Numbered from the stretch's first letter, positions 10,512 through 21,623 are shown. The stretch: DNA of 32,000 nt from Mycobacterium leprae TN (GCF_000195855.1 NC_002677.1:2730001-2762000), one strand, 5' to 3'. Translations and numbers: made by a program. Notes: generated by a model from the letters alone, not told the origin.

Positions 10512-10944
10512 ATTTTCGCTCCTTTCGCTAATGCACGGCCACGGCCGCCAGTGTGGCGAAGTTGGCAACCAACAGCGCCCCATCGACACAGTGAGACTGC
10601 GATGCTCGCGGGGCGTTTCACGAAAAAAGCAGAGTACCCGATGACCAACACCGCCAGCAGAGGTTAGCCGTAGAACAACACGCCTAAATCAATCTCCCCA
10701 GATCCTGGGTTGGTACATAGGTGACCATCGGTACTCATCACGGCACGAAGCGCAAAAACATAACGGTCACTGCCAGCCACCAACCCGGTGCACAACACGC
10801 ACAGCGCGCCCAACGATAGGGTGCCGTTCTTAACTGTTCCTCAAGCGGTGCGACCTTCACACAGCTGAACGCAACAAGCCTGACACAGATAACGGTGCAT
10901 CACGTTAGTTAAACGATATTTCGTGATATTATCATCGTAGGATT

Positions 10945-11547
10945 ATGGCCAGTGCTTCTCAAACACAAAGGATTACGAATATGAACGACCCATTCCTTCC
11001 TCCTAACGGACCTTTCGCGGCAGAGCCAAGCCTCGGATTCGGTTTCAGCCCTGGCCCTGGCCCGGAGTTCAGTTTCAGCTTTGGCCCGCGTCGCCGCGGC
11101 GACGCGGGCCGAGGCCGACGCGGCGACGTGCGGGCAGCCATTCTGATGCTGCTCACCGAGCGGCCGATGCACGGCTACCAAATGATCCAACAAATCGCCG
11201 AACGGAGCAACGGAATATGGCGGCCAAGCCCCGGCTCAGTGTACCCGACGCTCCAGCTGCTCTCCGACAAAAACCTGATCACGGCAAGTGCAACCGACGG
11301 CAGCAAGAAGCTTTTCGAGCTAACCGACGATGGCCGCGCTGCGGCCGCGAAAGTTGAGATGCCGCCGTGGGACCAGATCGCCCAAGGCATCAATCCTGGA
11401 TACATCAACCTACGAACAGCCATGAACCAGCTGTTCGGCGCGGTCACGCAATCTGCACACACCGCCAGCGCCGACCAACAACAGCGCATCATCGACACCA
11501 TCAACAACGCACGACGCGAGATCTACGGCATCCTCGGCGAGAACTGA
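10945..11547 (+). CDS. PadR-family transcriptional regulator
   Basis: 200-aa ORF with winged-helix core RGDVRAAILMLLTERPMHGYQMIQQIAERSNGIWRPSPGSVYPTLQLLSDKNLI. The more likely start is ATG 10981 (AAGGA 8 nt upstream). An 11-bp palindrome TGATATTATCA (10924-10934) lies in the upstream AT-rich region. Confidence 0.85.
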   Translation: MASASQTQRITNMNDPFLPPNGPFAAEPSLGFGFSPGPGPEFSFSFGPRRRGDAGRGRRGDVRAAILMLLTERPMHGYQMIQQIAERSNGIWRPSPGSVYPTLQLLSDKNLITASATDGSKKLFELTDDGRAAAAKVEMPPWDQIAQGINPGYINLRTAMNQLFGAVTQSAHTASADQQQRIIDTINNARREIYGILGEN

Positions 11548-11733
11548 CCTATCCCGTGAACACACCATGAACAGGCCAGCCAGACTAACGTATCGTTGTG
11601 CAGAAAAGTCCACTCAAGCCACTCGACGGACCAGGTAGCGGACGCTTCAACAAATGTTGATAGAACTCTACGGCAATACAGTCGAGCGAGCCAAATGCTT
11701 CATCCGCAACAGCGCGGGACTGGAGAAGCCGGA

Positions 11734-11764
11734 AGTGAGGGCACCCACAAAAAGTGCCACCACT
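11734..11764. terminator. Hairpin between convergent PadR and glpK genes (possible bidirectional terminator)
   Basis: AGTG-AG-GGCAC / 9-nt loop / GTGCC-AC-CACT, i.e. 5+4 bp with a 2x2 internal mismatch, about 45 nt downstream of the glpK stop. No clean U-tract. Confidence 0.3.
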
Positions 11765-11812
11765 TCCCGTCGACAGAGATTGAACCCCGGTCAGCAGTCC
11801 TCATGCACTACG

Positions 11813-13339
11813 TCAGGACACATCGACCCAATCCAACGTCCGCTGCACGGCTTTACGCCAACCCGCATACGCCGCGGCACGCTGGTCCTCGCCCCACGTC
11901 GGCGTCCAACGCTTATCCTCTTGCCAATTGGCCCGTAGATCTGACGGACCAGCCCAAAACCCGACCGCTAGACCCGCCGCATAGGCAGAGCCCAGCGCAG
12001 TAGTCTCAGCAACTACCGAGCGTACCACGTCCACGCCCAGCACGTCGGCCTGAATCTGCATGCACAAGTCATTACTGGTGATACCACCATCGACCTTCAA
12101 GACATCAAGGCGCACACCAGAATCTGCTGCCATCGCGTCCACCACGTCCCGACTCTGATAACAGATAGCTTCCAACGTCGCGCGGGCCAGATGCGCGTTG
12201 GTGTTGAACCGTGATAGCCCCACAATTGCGCCTCGTGCATCGGACCGCCAATACGGGGAAAACAACCCGGAAAATGCCGGTACGAAGTACACCCCGCCAT
12301 TGTCAACGACCTGACGGGCCAGCGATTCGCTTTGAGCAGCGCCGCTGATGATGCCCAACTGATCACGTAACCACTGCACCGCTGAGCCAGTCACCGCGAT
12401 CGAACCTTCAAGCGCGTAGACGGGTTTGGCATCCCCGAACTGATAGCAAACGGTGGTCAACAGGCCGTTACCGGATCTCACGATAGCCTCACCGGTGTTA
12501 AGCAGCAAAAAATTGCCGGTGCCGTAAGTGTTTTTCGCTTCCCCCGCGTCTAGACACACCTGACCAACCATCGCCGCATGCTGATCGCCCAAGACTCCTG
12601 TGATCGGCACTTCACCACCGACGGGTCCGTCCGCTAAAGTGACACCGTAGGGCTGCAGCGGTGAAGACGACGCGATCGCCGGCAACATCGCCCGAGGGAT
12701 GGAAAAAAACGACAACAGCTCGTCGTCCCAATCCAGCTTCTCTAAGTCCATCAGCATGGTCCGGCTAGCGTTGGTCACATCGGTGACGTGTACGCCACCC
12801 CGCGGACCACCGGTCAGATTCCACAATAACCAGGTATCGGGGGTGCCGAAGAGTGCTTCACCGTTTTCAGCAGCGGCGCCTACCCCGTCGACGTTCTCTA
12901 AGATCCATTGCAATTTCCCGCCGGAAAAATAGGTCGCCGGCGGCAACCCGGCTTTGCGGCGGATCACCTCTCCGCGGCCATCTCGGTCAAGCGCGACCGC
13001 GATACGGTCAGTGCGGGTGTCTTGCCAAACGATCGCATTGCAATACGGCCTTCCGGTGTTCCGATTCCACACCAGGGTAGTCTCACGTTGGTTAGTAATT
13101 CCAAGCGCTGCAATATCTTTAGCTGACAAATTAGTGGCGTTCAGCACCGACATCAGCACTGACGCGGTGCGTTCCCAAATCTCAACGGGATTATGTTCGA
13201 CCCAGCCGGAGCGGGGCAAGATTTGCTCGTGCTCAAGCTGGTGGCGGGCCACCTCAGCACCATTATGATCGAAAATCACGCAGCGGGTGCTGGTGGTGCC
13301 CTGGTCGATGGCGGCTATGAATTCAGCGAACTCGGCCAA
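11813..13339 (-). CDS. glpK: Glycerol kinase
   Basis: 508-aa ORF. N-terminal [17 protein letters not shown] (FGGY kinase phosphate-1 motif), WVEHNP and [10 protein letters not shown]. Full-length FGGY architecture. Confidence 0.95.
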
Positions 13340-13559
13340 CTGCGCTCCTTCGACGTGAACTGTGACACTTCATGGTCCATGATGGTCTATCACCCGGCGT
13401 ATTCCAGCTCAGGTCAGCCTGTCATCCTTACGTGACAGCTGGTAAACCTTTTGCATCCGCAATGTGGAAGAAGAAGTTAAGCGGCCCACATAAATAAGTA
13501 TAATCGCACACATCAGCGTGAATACCAGCGCAAGATGCGGTAGTATTCAAACATCTTCG

Positions 13560-14039
13560 AAACGAAACTTGCGGAGTGCCCAGTTCGATGCCAACTGGGC
13601 ACTTACCCGCATGGAGGTCGAATGTAACCTTTTCGCCGCTGACTGCTAGCCCTCCAGATCGAGCCGGTACGTGCTGGACGCCAGTGACGATCCCGTCTAC
13701 CAAAGCGAATTATCATTTTACAACATCGAATTCAATGCTACACTCCGACCACTGCCTGGACATACGAGTCTGGGTCTGGAGGGCGAAGTGCGCACCAGCC
13801 TGAACGATGCTGAGGCCAAGTCAAACTCCAGTGTGACCCATATCGTCATGATCGGCATCTTGCCGACGCTATCTGATCGACAGCTGGATGAGCTATTCAG
13901 TGCAGTATACGGCCTTCAAGAGTCGGATCTTCCTCGCTTACTGTTAGAGAACCGGTGTTGCCAGCCAGAACTAAACGTTGTTTACATGTCTGCGAATTCA
14001 GCATTTCACTACGGCGCGCTACACAACATGTCCGAATAG
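13560..14039 (+). pseudogene. Fragment of a glutamate-cysteine-ligase-family-2 / carboxylate-amine-ligase-like gene (possibly Rv3698-like)
   Basis: A single frame reads RMEVECNLFAADC*...DASDDPVYQSELSFYNIEFNATLRPLPG...THIVMIGILPTL, with an in-frame TAG at 13647-13649. The remaining length is far shorter than the ~500-aa family. The region is AT-drifted. Confidence 0.4.
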
Positions 14040-14214
14040 GAGCGTCCACTGTGGACCAAGATGGGTTTCTTTACAGCACAGGAAAATTTCTGCGAGTCTA
14101 CCCTAGACAGGGTAGATGCCCAGCTGCAATGGTCAAGATGCTGCTACAGTACTGCAAGTACATACATGCCAACGGCCGGTACACATCTGGACCAGGTAAC
14201 CGCGCATAAGTTGG

Positions 14215-14860
<646 letters not shown>

Positions 14861-15098
14861 GCCGCGACGGCCATATTAGCAACGCTGATAGCCGAGCCAA
14901 TACTTGCCAAATCCTTCGCGGCGATTGCCACATATCTCTCGCCCAACTGTAATCTACAGTATCCGTATCTCCCTCGCTCAATCGTCATCAACAATTGTCC
15001 AAAGCGCTATCGTATAGAGCCCGGACGGGAGACCACTCTAACTTTAACTTTTTTTGCTGCGGTATTCAGCGGCATCAGATAGCCGGTGGTTGCGCCCT

Positions 15099-16590
15099 CT
15101 AAAACCTCGACGAAGGGAAACTACCGATCGTCGGCAGTGGTATTGGGCCGTACGGCGAGATCTGCAACACCGGAGCAGCCAGCCGCAGAGGAGGTCGCTC
15201 CACTGAAGCGGAGGCGATCAAAATCCGCCGTTCAGCTAGCACAGTCATGCCCGCACCGCCTGCGGATCGGCATCCTCATCCGGAGCAAGTATAGGGATCG
15301 CACTTGGCTTGTCGACCCTCCTCGACCACCCGTCACCCAGCACACATCGGCCAGCACCGTCCGGCTGATGCTGCCTAGCACGGCCAAGTGTGCCCGCACG
15401 GTCACCGGTCCGCATGCCAAATGTTGACCCAGGGCTACCAAAACCCAATCGCGCAGTGATATTGGCCTCGCCAAGCTCGAGTTGCTGGGCCATCGACAGA
15501 TTCGTCTACGCCTACTTCGAGTCACCGCCTCCCAGCAACCACAGCTTTTCCTGCTGACCAATGTGCACCAGATCCCACGCCAGTGGGCTCATCAACAGAT
15601 CGTAATGCCAGCCAAGTTCGGCGTCGTCGAAATTTACTAGCCACAACGTCGAGACATCTAAGGTACGGGTGTCAGATAGTCGGCTAGCTGCCCTCCTCAG
15701 GACGTCACAAACCCCTTGGGCCGACCGCGCCGGACTCGGGAAGCTAACGTAGCCGCGATGTCGTACTTGATTGCCCGGTCGGAAAAGTCGTAGCCGGGAC
15801 AGCGCCCCTGCTCAACCTTGCGGACCAGTCGTTCCATAGTGCCGTTGAAACTGTATCGGAGCGTTTGCAACGGCGACGGACACACACACTGGTTGGTCGC
15901 CACGTACAACCGCCGGTCACGCAGACCGACCCAAGCCGCGGTGTCCCAGGCGGTGATCACCGTTTCAACGGCCTCAGCCACGATTTCGGCGGCGGGTCGG
16001 GTCAAGTCGTCGAGGCAGAGCCAACAGAATAAACGCCAGGGCGGCCCAGAAGGTATCCGATGAGCTATCAAGATAGCGAATTTTCAGTCACTGTCGTGGG
16101 CAGACCTATGTGAACAAGGTCGTCAAGCGCATAACCTAGGTCGACGACGATCGGACGGCGGTAGCCGCGGACAGGACCAAAGCCTTCCGCCCAGCTGGCA
16201 AAGAGCGTAAATACGCGATCGCAGTCAGGTCCGCAACGTCCAGATTGTGCACCAGCATCGCCGACGGCTTGAGCTCATAGCGAGCCCAGTCGGTGCAGGG
16301 GATAATCGCCACTGGCTCCAGGATGAGGCCGCAGCGTGCGGAGTCCACCTGGCCCCCACACCCGCTGCCGGGTGTAGACCCGGCCAGAGAATTCCCCACA
16401 CAAGCTATCGGGAAGTTGGCGACGATAACGATATCCCAGTTAACGCCAGGTCGTATACTAGCCACATCCGCACCGCCCATCCGGCTTGTGGCCCAGCGTC
16501 CACGTTAACCCGAACTAAGGCGGCCGACGTGATCTCATCACCAGCATCCGTCACCCGCGAGTCGTTGGCCGCGAAGAACTGTTCCGTCGC
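15099..16590 (-). pseudogene. egtE: Relic of an EgtE-like PLP-dependent (class V aminotransferase fold) C-S lyase
   Basis: Minus-strand frames match my recollection of mycobacterial EgtE in order. The segments are VDAGPQAG/GGADVASI, RYELKPSAML, RPAAEIVAEA...[55 protein letters not shown] and [12 protein letters not shown]...APVLQISP. There are several frameshifts and stops. The total length seems longer than expected, so indels are likely. Confidence 0.45.
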
Positions 16591-16593
16591 CTA

Positions 16594-17150
16594 TTAACGC
16601 ACACCGGGGTTAACGGACTCAGCTGGCTGCAACGAGTTCGCGCCCAGGAAAACCAGCTCCAGATCGGCGCCGGCAAAGGCCGACCACAGCGCGGCCTGGT
16701 CGTACTTCGTCCCATCGATCGCAAATACCCCGGCGTCGGCCAACTGACCGTACAGTTCGATACCACTACCGGGTTCGACCTTCACCACGCTACCGCCCGG
16801 CAGCGGGCTAAGCCACTGCAAAACCGTAATATTTCCATACCAGCCCGGCCTGCGCTGCGGATCGGCCGGGTCGTAACGTGCGGCTTCCATTCCGAAAACC
16901 CATCCGGCCCCAGCAGCGCATTGACCAGAAAAGCCGTCAGCAATTTACTGGGCGGCAGCCAAACACTAGCTATCGGGGTATTATAATACTCTCCGGGACT
17001 GAGCAAATCTCGCGGACCGCTTGTTACACAGTTATCGGAACGAAAGCCGCCACCCTATTTTTTCGTCATGCATAGTGCCCCAACATATTCGGTATTTCGG
17101 TACTTTATGGTCACCCGCCCCGCCGTACGTGGGTACCCACATTCTCCCAC
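16594..17150 (-). pseudogene. egtD: 5'-truncated relic of an EgtD-like histidine N-alpha-methyltransferase (about the C-terminal 185 codons only)
   Basis: Minus-strand frames give family-typical segments, compared with my recollection of EgtD. The segments are RTAGRVTIKYRNTEYVGAL (cf. RSAGAAIGAEYPGIEIDAVCGDF), GGFRSDNCVT (cf. FLGSTIGNLT), LSPGEYY (cf. LQPGD), LLTAFLVNALL (cf. VTAAFNRNVL), ITVLQWL (cf. IEMWL) and IDGTKYDQAALWSAFAGADL (cf. SCKF....AELAEAGL). The relic starts directly at the stop codon of the next gene. Confidence 0.5.
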
Positions 17151-17151
17151 G

Positions 17152-17922
17152 CTATTGACCCAGTGCGTTCTGCATCGCCCCGGCCAGCACGTTGACCGCA
17201 GGACCGGCGTTGCCAGGTTGGCAAACTTTCGTCTGCAGCAACACGTTTTCACGCAGCCGGGTTTGTACGAAACACCGACGATCGGTTCCCGCCTCCTGCT
17301 TAGTCCAATTCGCATCGGCATAGGTCGGCGTGCCACCCACAAACGACCAGACCTGGGTTGTTCCGTTATCCAGGTGCATCGCAGTGGTCTGTCCCGAGCA
17401 ACCTACGGTCCGGTCCACGACCCGATGAAAGGCCCGTACCGCAGCGTCATTGGTAGCAAATACCCCGACCGCCTGCTTGACAAAATGCGTCTGGTCATTA
17501 GCGGACGTCTGGGTAATAGCTCCGTTGAACGACGCTAAGTCAACATCATGGTACACCTCAGGCAACCCGATGTCCGCCCAGTTGTTACACATCGGTAGAT
17601 CTACCGAGTACGCCTGCAGCGGCTCGGTTAATAGCGACTCCCACCCCATGGGTCGACCGATGATATTGCCCACCGAGCCCTTGCCGAGGACCGCGTATGA
17701 CACCACTCCCGGTTCAGAGGGGCGCGCACTCGCGACAGGTACCCCCAGGCCCAAACCGACACTCATCACCACAGCTGATATCCTTATCACCCAGCTCACC
17801 AGCCCAGCTGCACCATGGCCGAGACATCGAGAATGATAAAAGCCATCCACTGACTTCCGGCGGTCATCGCGGCGGCCGACAGTCGCTGTGGATTCCGTGA
17901 TGTAACGGACTTCGATTGTCAT
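17152..17922 (-). CDS. Secreted PknH_C-like sensor-domain protein (Rv3705c-like)
   Basis: 256-aa ORF with a signal-like VSWVIRISAVVMSVGLGLGVPVASA and four Cys (PMCNNW, VGCSGQ, RRCFVQ, KVCQPG), consistent with the two-disulfide PknH extracellular fold. The real start is probably internal (GTG ~17799), giving ~215 aa. Confidence 0.75.
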   Translation of the reverse strand: MTIEVRYITESTATVGRRDDRRKSVDGFYHSRCLGHGAAGLVSWVIRISAVVMSVGLGLGVPVASARPSEPGVVSYAVLGKGSVGNIIGRPMGWESLLTEPLQAYSVDLPMCNNWADIGLPEVYHDVDLASFNGAITQTSANDQTHFVKQAVGVFATNDAAVRAFHRVVDRTVGCSGQTTAMHLDNGTTQVWSFVGGTPTYADANWTKQEAGTDRRCFVQTRLRENVLLQTKVCQPGNAGPAVNVLAGAMQNALGQ

Positions 17923-18144
17923 GGATCTCGATCATGCCAGCCCGACGCTGCACAGCGAATATCATCAAGAACTACCGTCCTCAGCGGCGCACGACGGATC
18001 GTCCCGGGTACCGCCGTGAGAGTTGAGCACCTAGACCCAAGCCGGACGGATTCACGGAAATCGCGAAGCGGCATGGTAATCTATCATTTCGTAACGCGAC
18101 CACCAGCTTCGATAATCGGAACGCGAGTGGCCGTCACACACTCT

Positions 18145-18185
18145 CAAAACTATACCCTTCCACGCAAAACTATACCCTTCCACGC
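18145..18185. repeat. Perfect 20-bp tandem duplication (CAAAACTATACCCTTCCACG x2)
   Basis: Read directly: 18145-18164 equals 18165-18184, and the next base also matches. Located in a non-coding or decayed region upstream of the PknH-like gene. Confidence 0.95.
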
Positions 18186-19254
18186 GGGCTGTGCCAGGCC
18201 GGGCAGGTGCGCCAGACTCAATAATTTCTGTTCGACGTCCCGTACGAGTAAACGCTAAGGCCGTGCTGAAAGGCGTGCTCGTTAGCGATTGACCAGGACC
18301 ACCCTGTGCCCAAAGTACCCCGGCATGACACACGGATCGGGAGGTCCCCCAGGGTTTGAACATGCCGTGTTCATAGCGGTAATGGCAGGGATGGTGGAGA
18401 CCCCACGATCACGGCAGCCAAGAAGAACACGTCACGGCGACGATAGCGACCCGGGCCGGGGTTATAGAAGACCTGGGGGTTTTGTAATAATGGCACCTCT
18501 GCTCCAGGGGGCGCCGGTGCTGTTGCAGTCGAAGTCCGCACGGTTGAGGTTTCAGATGTTCCACTCATGAGACGCATAATGCCGGAGTAAACAATAGTTT
18601 CAGCTTGGCGTTACTTGTGTAGAAGCTGTGAGCCCCCGCAACCTCATTACCTGGAACAACCGCCAAAGCCACAGCGCTGCCGGGACGGCGGATACCGAAA
18701 TTCAGCTGTCCGATCTGCCATAGTAGGCGATGCGCCGGCACAAGCATGAAATAACGTTGTTTGTCTTGTCGGTGGTCTGGCCTATAGCAGCGAACCACAA
18801 GCCGAAGTCTCGTCGTCTCTCCGTACGTAAGGCTGCCGCCAAGGCGGCCGTGGCTGCCAACGAAAAGACTGACCGGTCTGTCGGTCGATACCCAAGTGAC
18901 GCAATTCGCCGAAGCGCAGCTAGACTCCTGAGATCAGGTAATGGAGTGCGGAGGCGTCAGGATGTGTTCCAGACACGTATGGTGGTTTTGACTTTGTGTC
19001 CTCTGGCCTCCTTGGCGGGCATCTGGTAGCGTCGGGCGAAGGTGTAATTCGCTTCATGGAGTGCAGCGAATCCGCGAGGTGGGGGTATTTTACCCGCGGA
19101 GGTGATTCTTTGTCGGCAGCAGCTGGCCCGCAATCCAGGTTGTCATGGCCCGCAAACACGCCATAGCGAGTCATCGAAAGCTGCGGGCCAGGATAAGGGT
19201 GCACAACCACGTCCGGGGCCCTGGCTGGGTTTCGGTGGACAAACTGATGTTTCC

Positions 19255-19650
19255 ATGGCCGACCTGATCATGGTCGGCGCAGACCTATCCGGGCTGTGTG
19301 CGGCCCGTGCGCTAATCCAACAAGGTAAGTTTCTGGAGGCGCGTCATCGGGTAGGTGGTCGAATGGTTCGCAAGCCTGTCATCAGCGGCGGTTAAATTGA
19401 CATCGGCGATCAATCTAGCGGGCCCACCCAAAGCGGTATTCTCTCGCTCGCCGAGTCACTGGGTGTCATGCATTTCGATTACCACGATGTGGGACACACA
19501 CTATCGTCTGGTGCAATGGCCCCTTGTCGACCGTCGATGGCAGCTTGCCACCGACCAAAACATCACCAGCAAGCTCGTCAGCCGACGTTGCTGACCGTCA
19601 GCAGCTAGCTCGCCGTTACCACCACGCCCCGGTTTCTCCGGTTTCTGTGT
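19255..19650 (+). pseudogene. 5' part of a decayed flavin-containing amine oxidase gene (may extend toward ~20400)
   Basis: MADLIMVGADLSGLCAARALIQQGKFLEARHRVGGRM (FAD dinucleotide-binding GxGxxG-like plus the EARDRVGGR motif). Then a stop and frameshift to IDIGDQSSGPTQSGILSLAESLGVMHF (cf. D.GGQW.GPTQ..LL.LA.ELG). Confidence 0.6.
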
Positions 19651-20467
19651 TACCAACTGAACACTCGATCAAGAAAGCGTCGCGCTGGCCATTGTATCAG
19701 TGCTGTTTATTCTCGCACCCTACGCAGCGAGCCCCAGCAAGAGAAGAAACCAGAATAGTGGCTCTTTAGAGGAGCGGCAGGTCAGCAAACTGATTCACCA
19801 CCGGAGCGCATACTTCTTGAACAACCCACCCTCCTAATCGTGCAGGACACCCGCGGAGCGACCGTCACTACTAGCTATGGTGATTTACTGAAAGAACTTT
19901 GTGATAGTCGCAATTCCTCATATTTTAGTCGGAGCGATTGATTACAGTCCGCCACTACCCACTCGTCGTATCCAATAGCTCCAATGGGATCGGTTATCAA
20001 ATATGCCTCCATTTACCCGAGGTGCACGAAAGGGCTCAGCAGAGCAACTGTGAGTGATCAAATCGTCGTACAAACAGCATACAGCTCTTAGCCTAGAGGT
20101 ATCCCAGGAATTTTGATTAACTTCGTCGTTGGGCATGCCACCAGCCGGTTAATAAATGAATCCGACGACACCCATAAAATAAACAGTACCCTCGGACCTA
20201 GCCAGGTATTTCGGCAAAAAAGCGATGCGCCCGATCCAATTCATCGAAACAAATTAGACCAGTGAGAAATGGACTGAAGAAGCTTTCAACGCTGTATTCT
20301 ACCCCAATATATTTACCACTTACGGCCCAGCCATAGCCGAATCTGTGGGCCATATTCACTGAGCTGATACGAAAGTCCCCTAAATGGACGGCCTATTTTG
20401 ACGAGGCCATACAGACTGGACACACCGCAGCTCATGCGGTGGCGGGACGCGCAGTCTAGGCTCCTGA

Positions 20468-21616
20468 TCAGGGTTTTAACGGGTTGACCGCGAATTGGAT
20501 CACCCGGTACAGCTCACTCACCCGTGCACGGGTGTCCCACTGGCTAACGAAGATCCGCAGTTCATCGAGGGTGGAACCGGGTGAGATGTACCCGCCATAC
20601 GGTTGGGCGAGCCGATTGTCGTACGGAGGCGGCAGGCTTTCCGCCGGATCGGGCCACTCATCGTGTTGCACCACTGTAGTCACCGGGGAGGTGCCCAGCA
20701 ACGTCGGGTCGGCGGCAACTCGGACCTCCATATTGCCAGTAGTGGCGTTGAAATAGGACAGCACGGCCTGGCCGCCTATCTGCTTAATGCACATCTCGCC
20801 AACCTTGTCAGGCCAGAGAGGTGTCGGAGGCTTGTTCCAACCACCATCAGGTCCAGCCGCCCAACCCTGCCACCGAGACCGGTCGGTGAACGTTTGCGGT
20901 GTGACCCGGAAGAGCTGCACGGAATCTCTGCGGGTGAAACTGTTGGCCACGATGTACACCCACCCGCTCGACGAGTCGGGGGTAGGGATCGGATCGTAGT
21001 ACCCGCTGATCTGGGTCTGCCGGCTGTCCTGGGAGGTCGCGGCGCGTCGCGATCCTGGGACAGTCTGCCAACCGACACGCGCGGGCTCAGCCGTGACCAG
21101 CCGTGAGTCCTGTGGCTCCAGGTTTTTGGTCGTAGTCACCATCAGGTAGTTGTGCCGGTTGATCTGCACCACGCCAGCAGGCAGCTGTGAATCTCCCGGA
21201 GGTGCGGGGTCGGCCAGCAACGGCTTATCGACACCGGTGACGCCGATGTAACGCACCCCGGTCGGGTCGTCGACTGACGCAGTGTCCACGTGCAGGGCGA
21301 CCGGTGAGTACCAACCACCGAAACCTACCCCCTGGCCAGCAAAGCTGTCACCACAAATCTGCAAAAGCTCGGCGGGGAACTCGATGAACTCGCACAAGTC
21401 GGTGGCGCCGATGCCGTAGTCACCGGTGCGGGTTCCTGTGCCCGCCATCGGACCGATCCGCAACACTTGACCCGGCACCAGCGGCTGCAGAATCGGCTCT
21501 GGTACTGGCGCGGGTGGATCGGCATGCGCTATCCAAGAAGCAACCGAAAAAGCCTGTGCGACAAACAAACACAAAGCGGCATACCACGAGCACTCCACGA
21601 GCCGGGCAAAACTCAC
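20468..21616 (-). CDS. Secreted DUF4185-family protein (Rv3707c-like; the family has been reported as endo-D-arabinanase, GH183)
   Basis: 382-aa intact ORF with signal-like N-terminus (...VASWIAHA/DPP). Overall similarity to my recollection of DUF4185 proteins. GTG start lies 7 nt after the asd stop codon. Confidence 0.7.
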   Translation of the reverse strand: MSFARLVECSWYAALCLFVAQAFSVASWIAHADPPAPVPEPILQPLVPGQVLRIGPMAGTGTRTGDYGIGATDLCEFIEFPAELLQICGDSFAGQGVGFGGWYSPVALHVDTASVDDPTGVRYIGVTGVDKPLLADPAPPGDSQLPAGVVQINRHNYLMVTTTKNLEPQDSRLVTAEPARVGWQTVPGSRRAATSQDSRQTQISGYYDPIPTPDSSSGWVYIVANSFTRRDSVQLFRVTPQTFTDRSRWQGWAAGPDGGWNKPPTPLWPDKVGEMCIKQIGGQAVLSYFNATTGNMEVRVAADPTLLGTSPVTTVVQHDEWPDPAESLPPPYDNRLAQPYGGYISPGSTLDELRIFVSQWDTRARVSELYRVIQFAVNPLKP

Positions 21617-21623
21617 CCGTGGA

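Noticed and set aside
10268-10900. 127-aa minus-strand ORF and a hydrophobic minus-strand stretch (…LSLGALCVLCTGLVAG…) between the RDD relic and PadR
   Set aside because: The ORF overlaps the RDD frame in antisense. The hydrophobic stretch could be a membrane-protein relic (an Rv3694c-like position), but it is too short and interrupted to support a call.
17055-17342. 95-aa minus-strand ORF overlapping the 3' end of the PknH-like gene in another frame
   Set aside because: Only its last ~30 codons (17055-17150) resemble EgtD and are counted in the egtD relic. The part overlapping the intact PknH-like CDS (including a tempting VLRS match) is probably coincidence.
18290-19250. Searched for a transposase, IS element or dispersed-repeat copy (also 8340-8700)
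   Set aside because: No DDE/transposase-like motifs or terminal inverted repeats were recognised. I cannot recall the dispersed-repeat consensus sequences of leprosy bacilli well enough to call them from memory. The 68-aa Pro-rich ORF at 18371-18577 (minus) might be a small Rv3706c-like remnant, but it has no SD or motif support.
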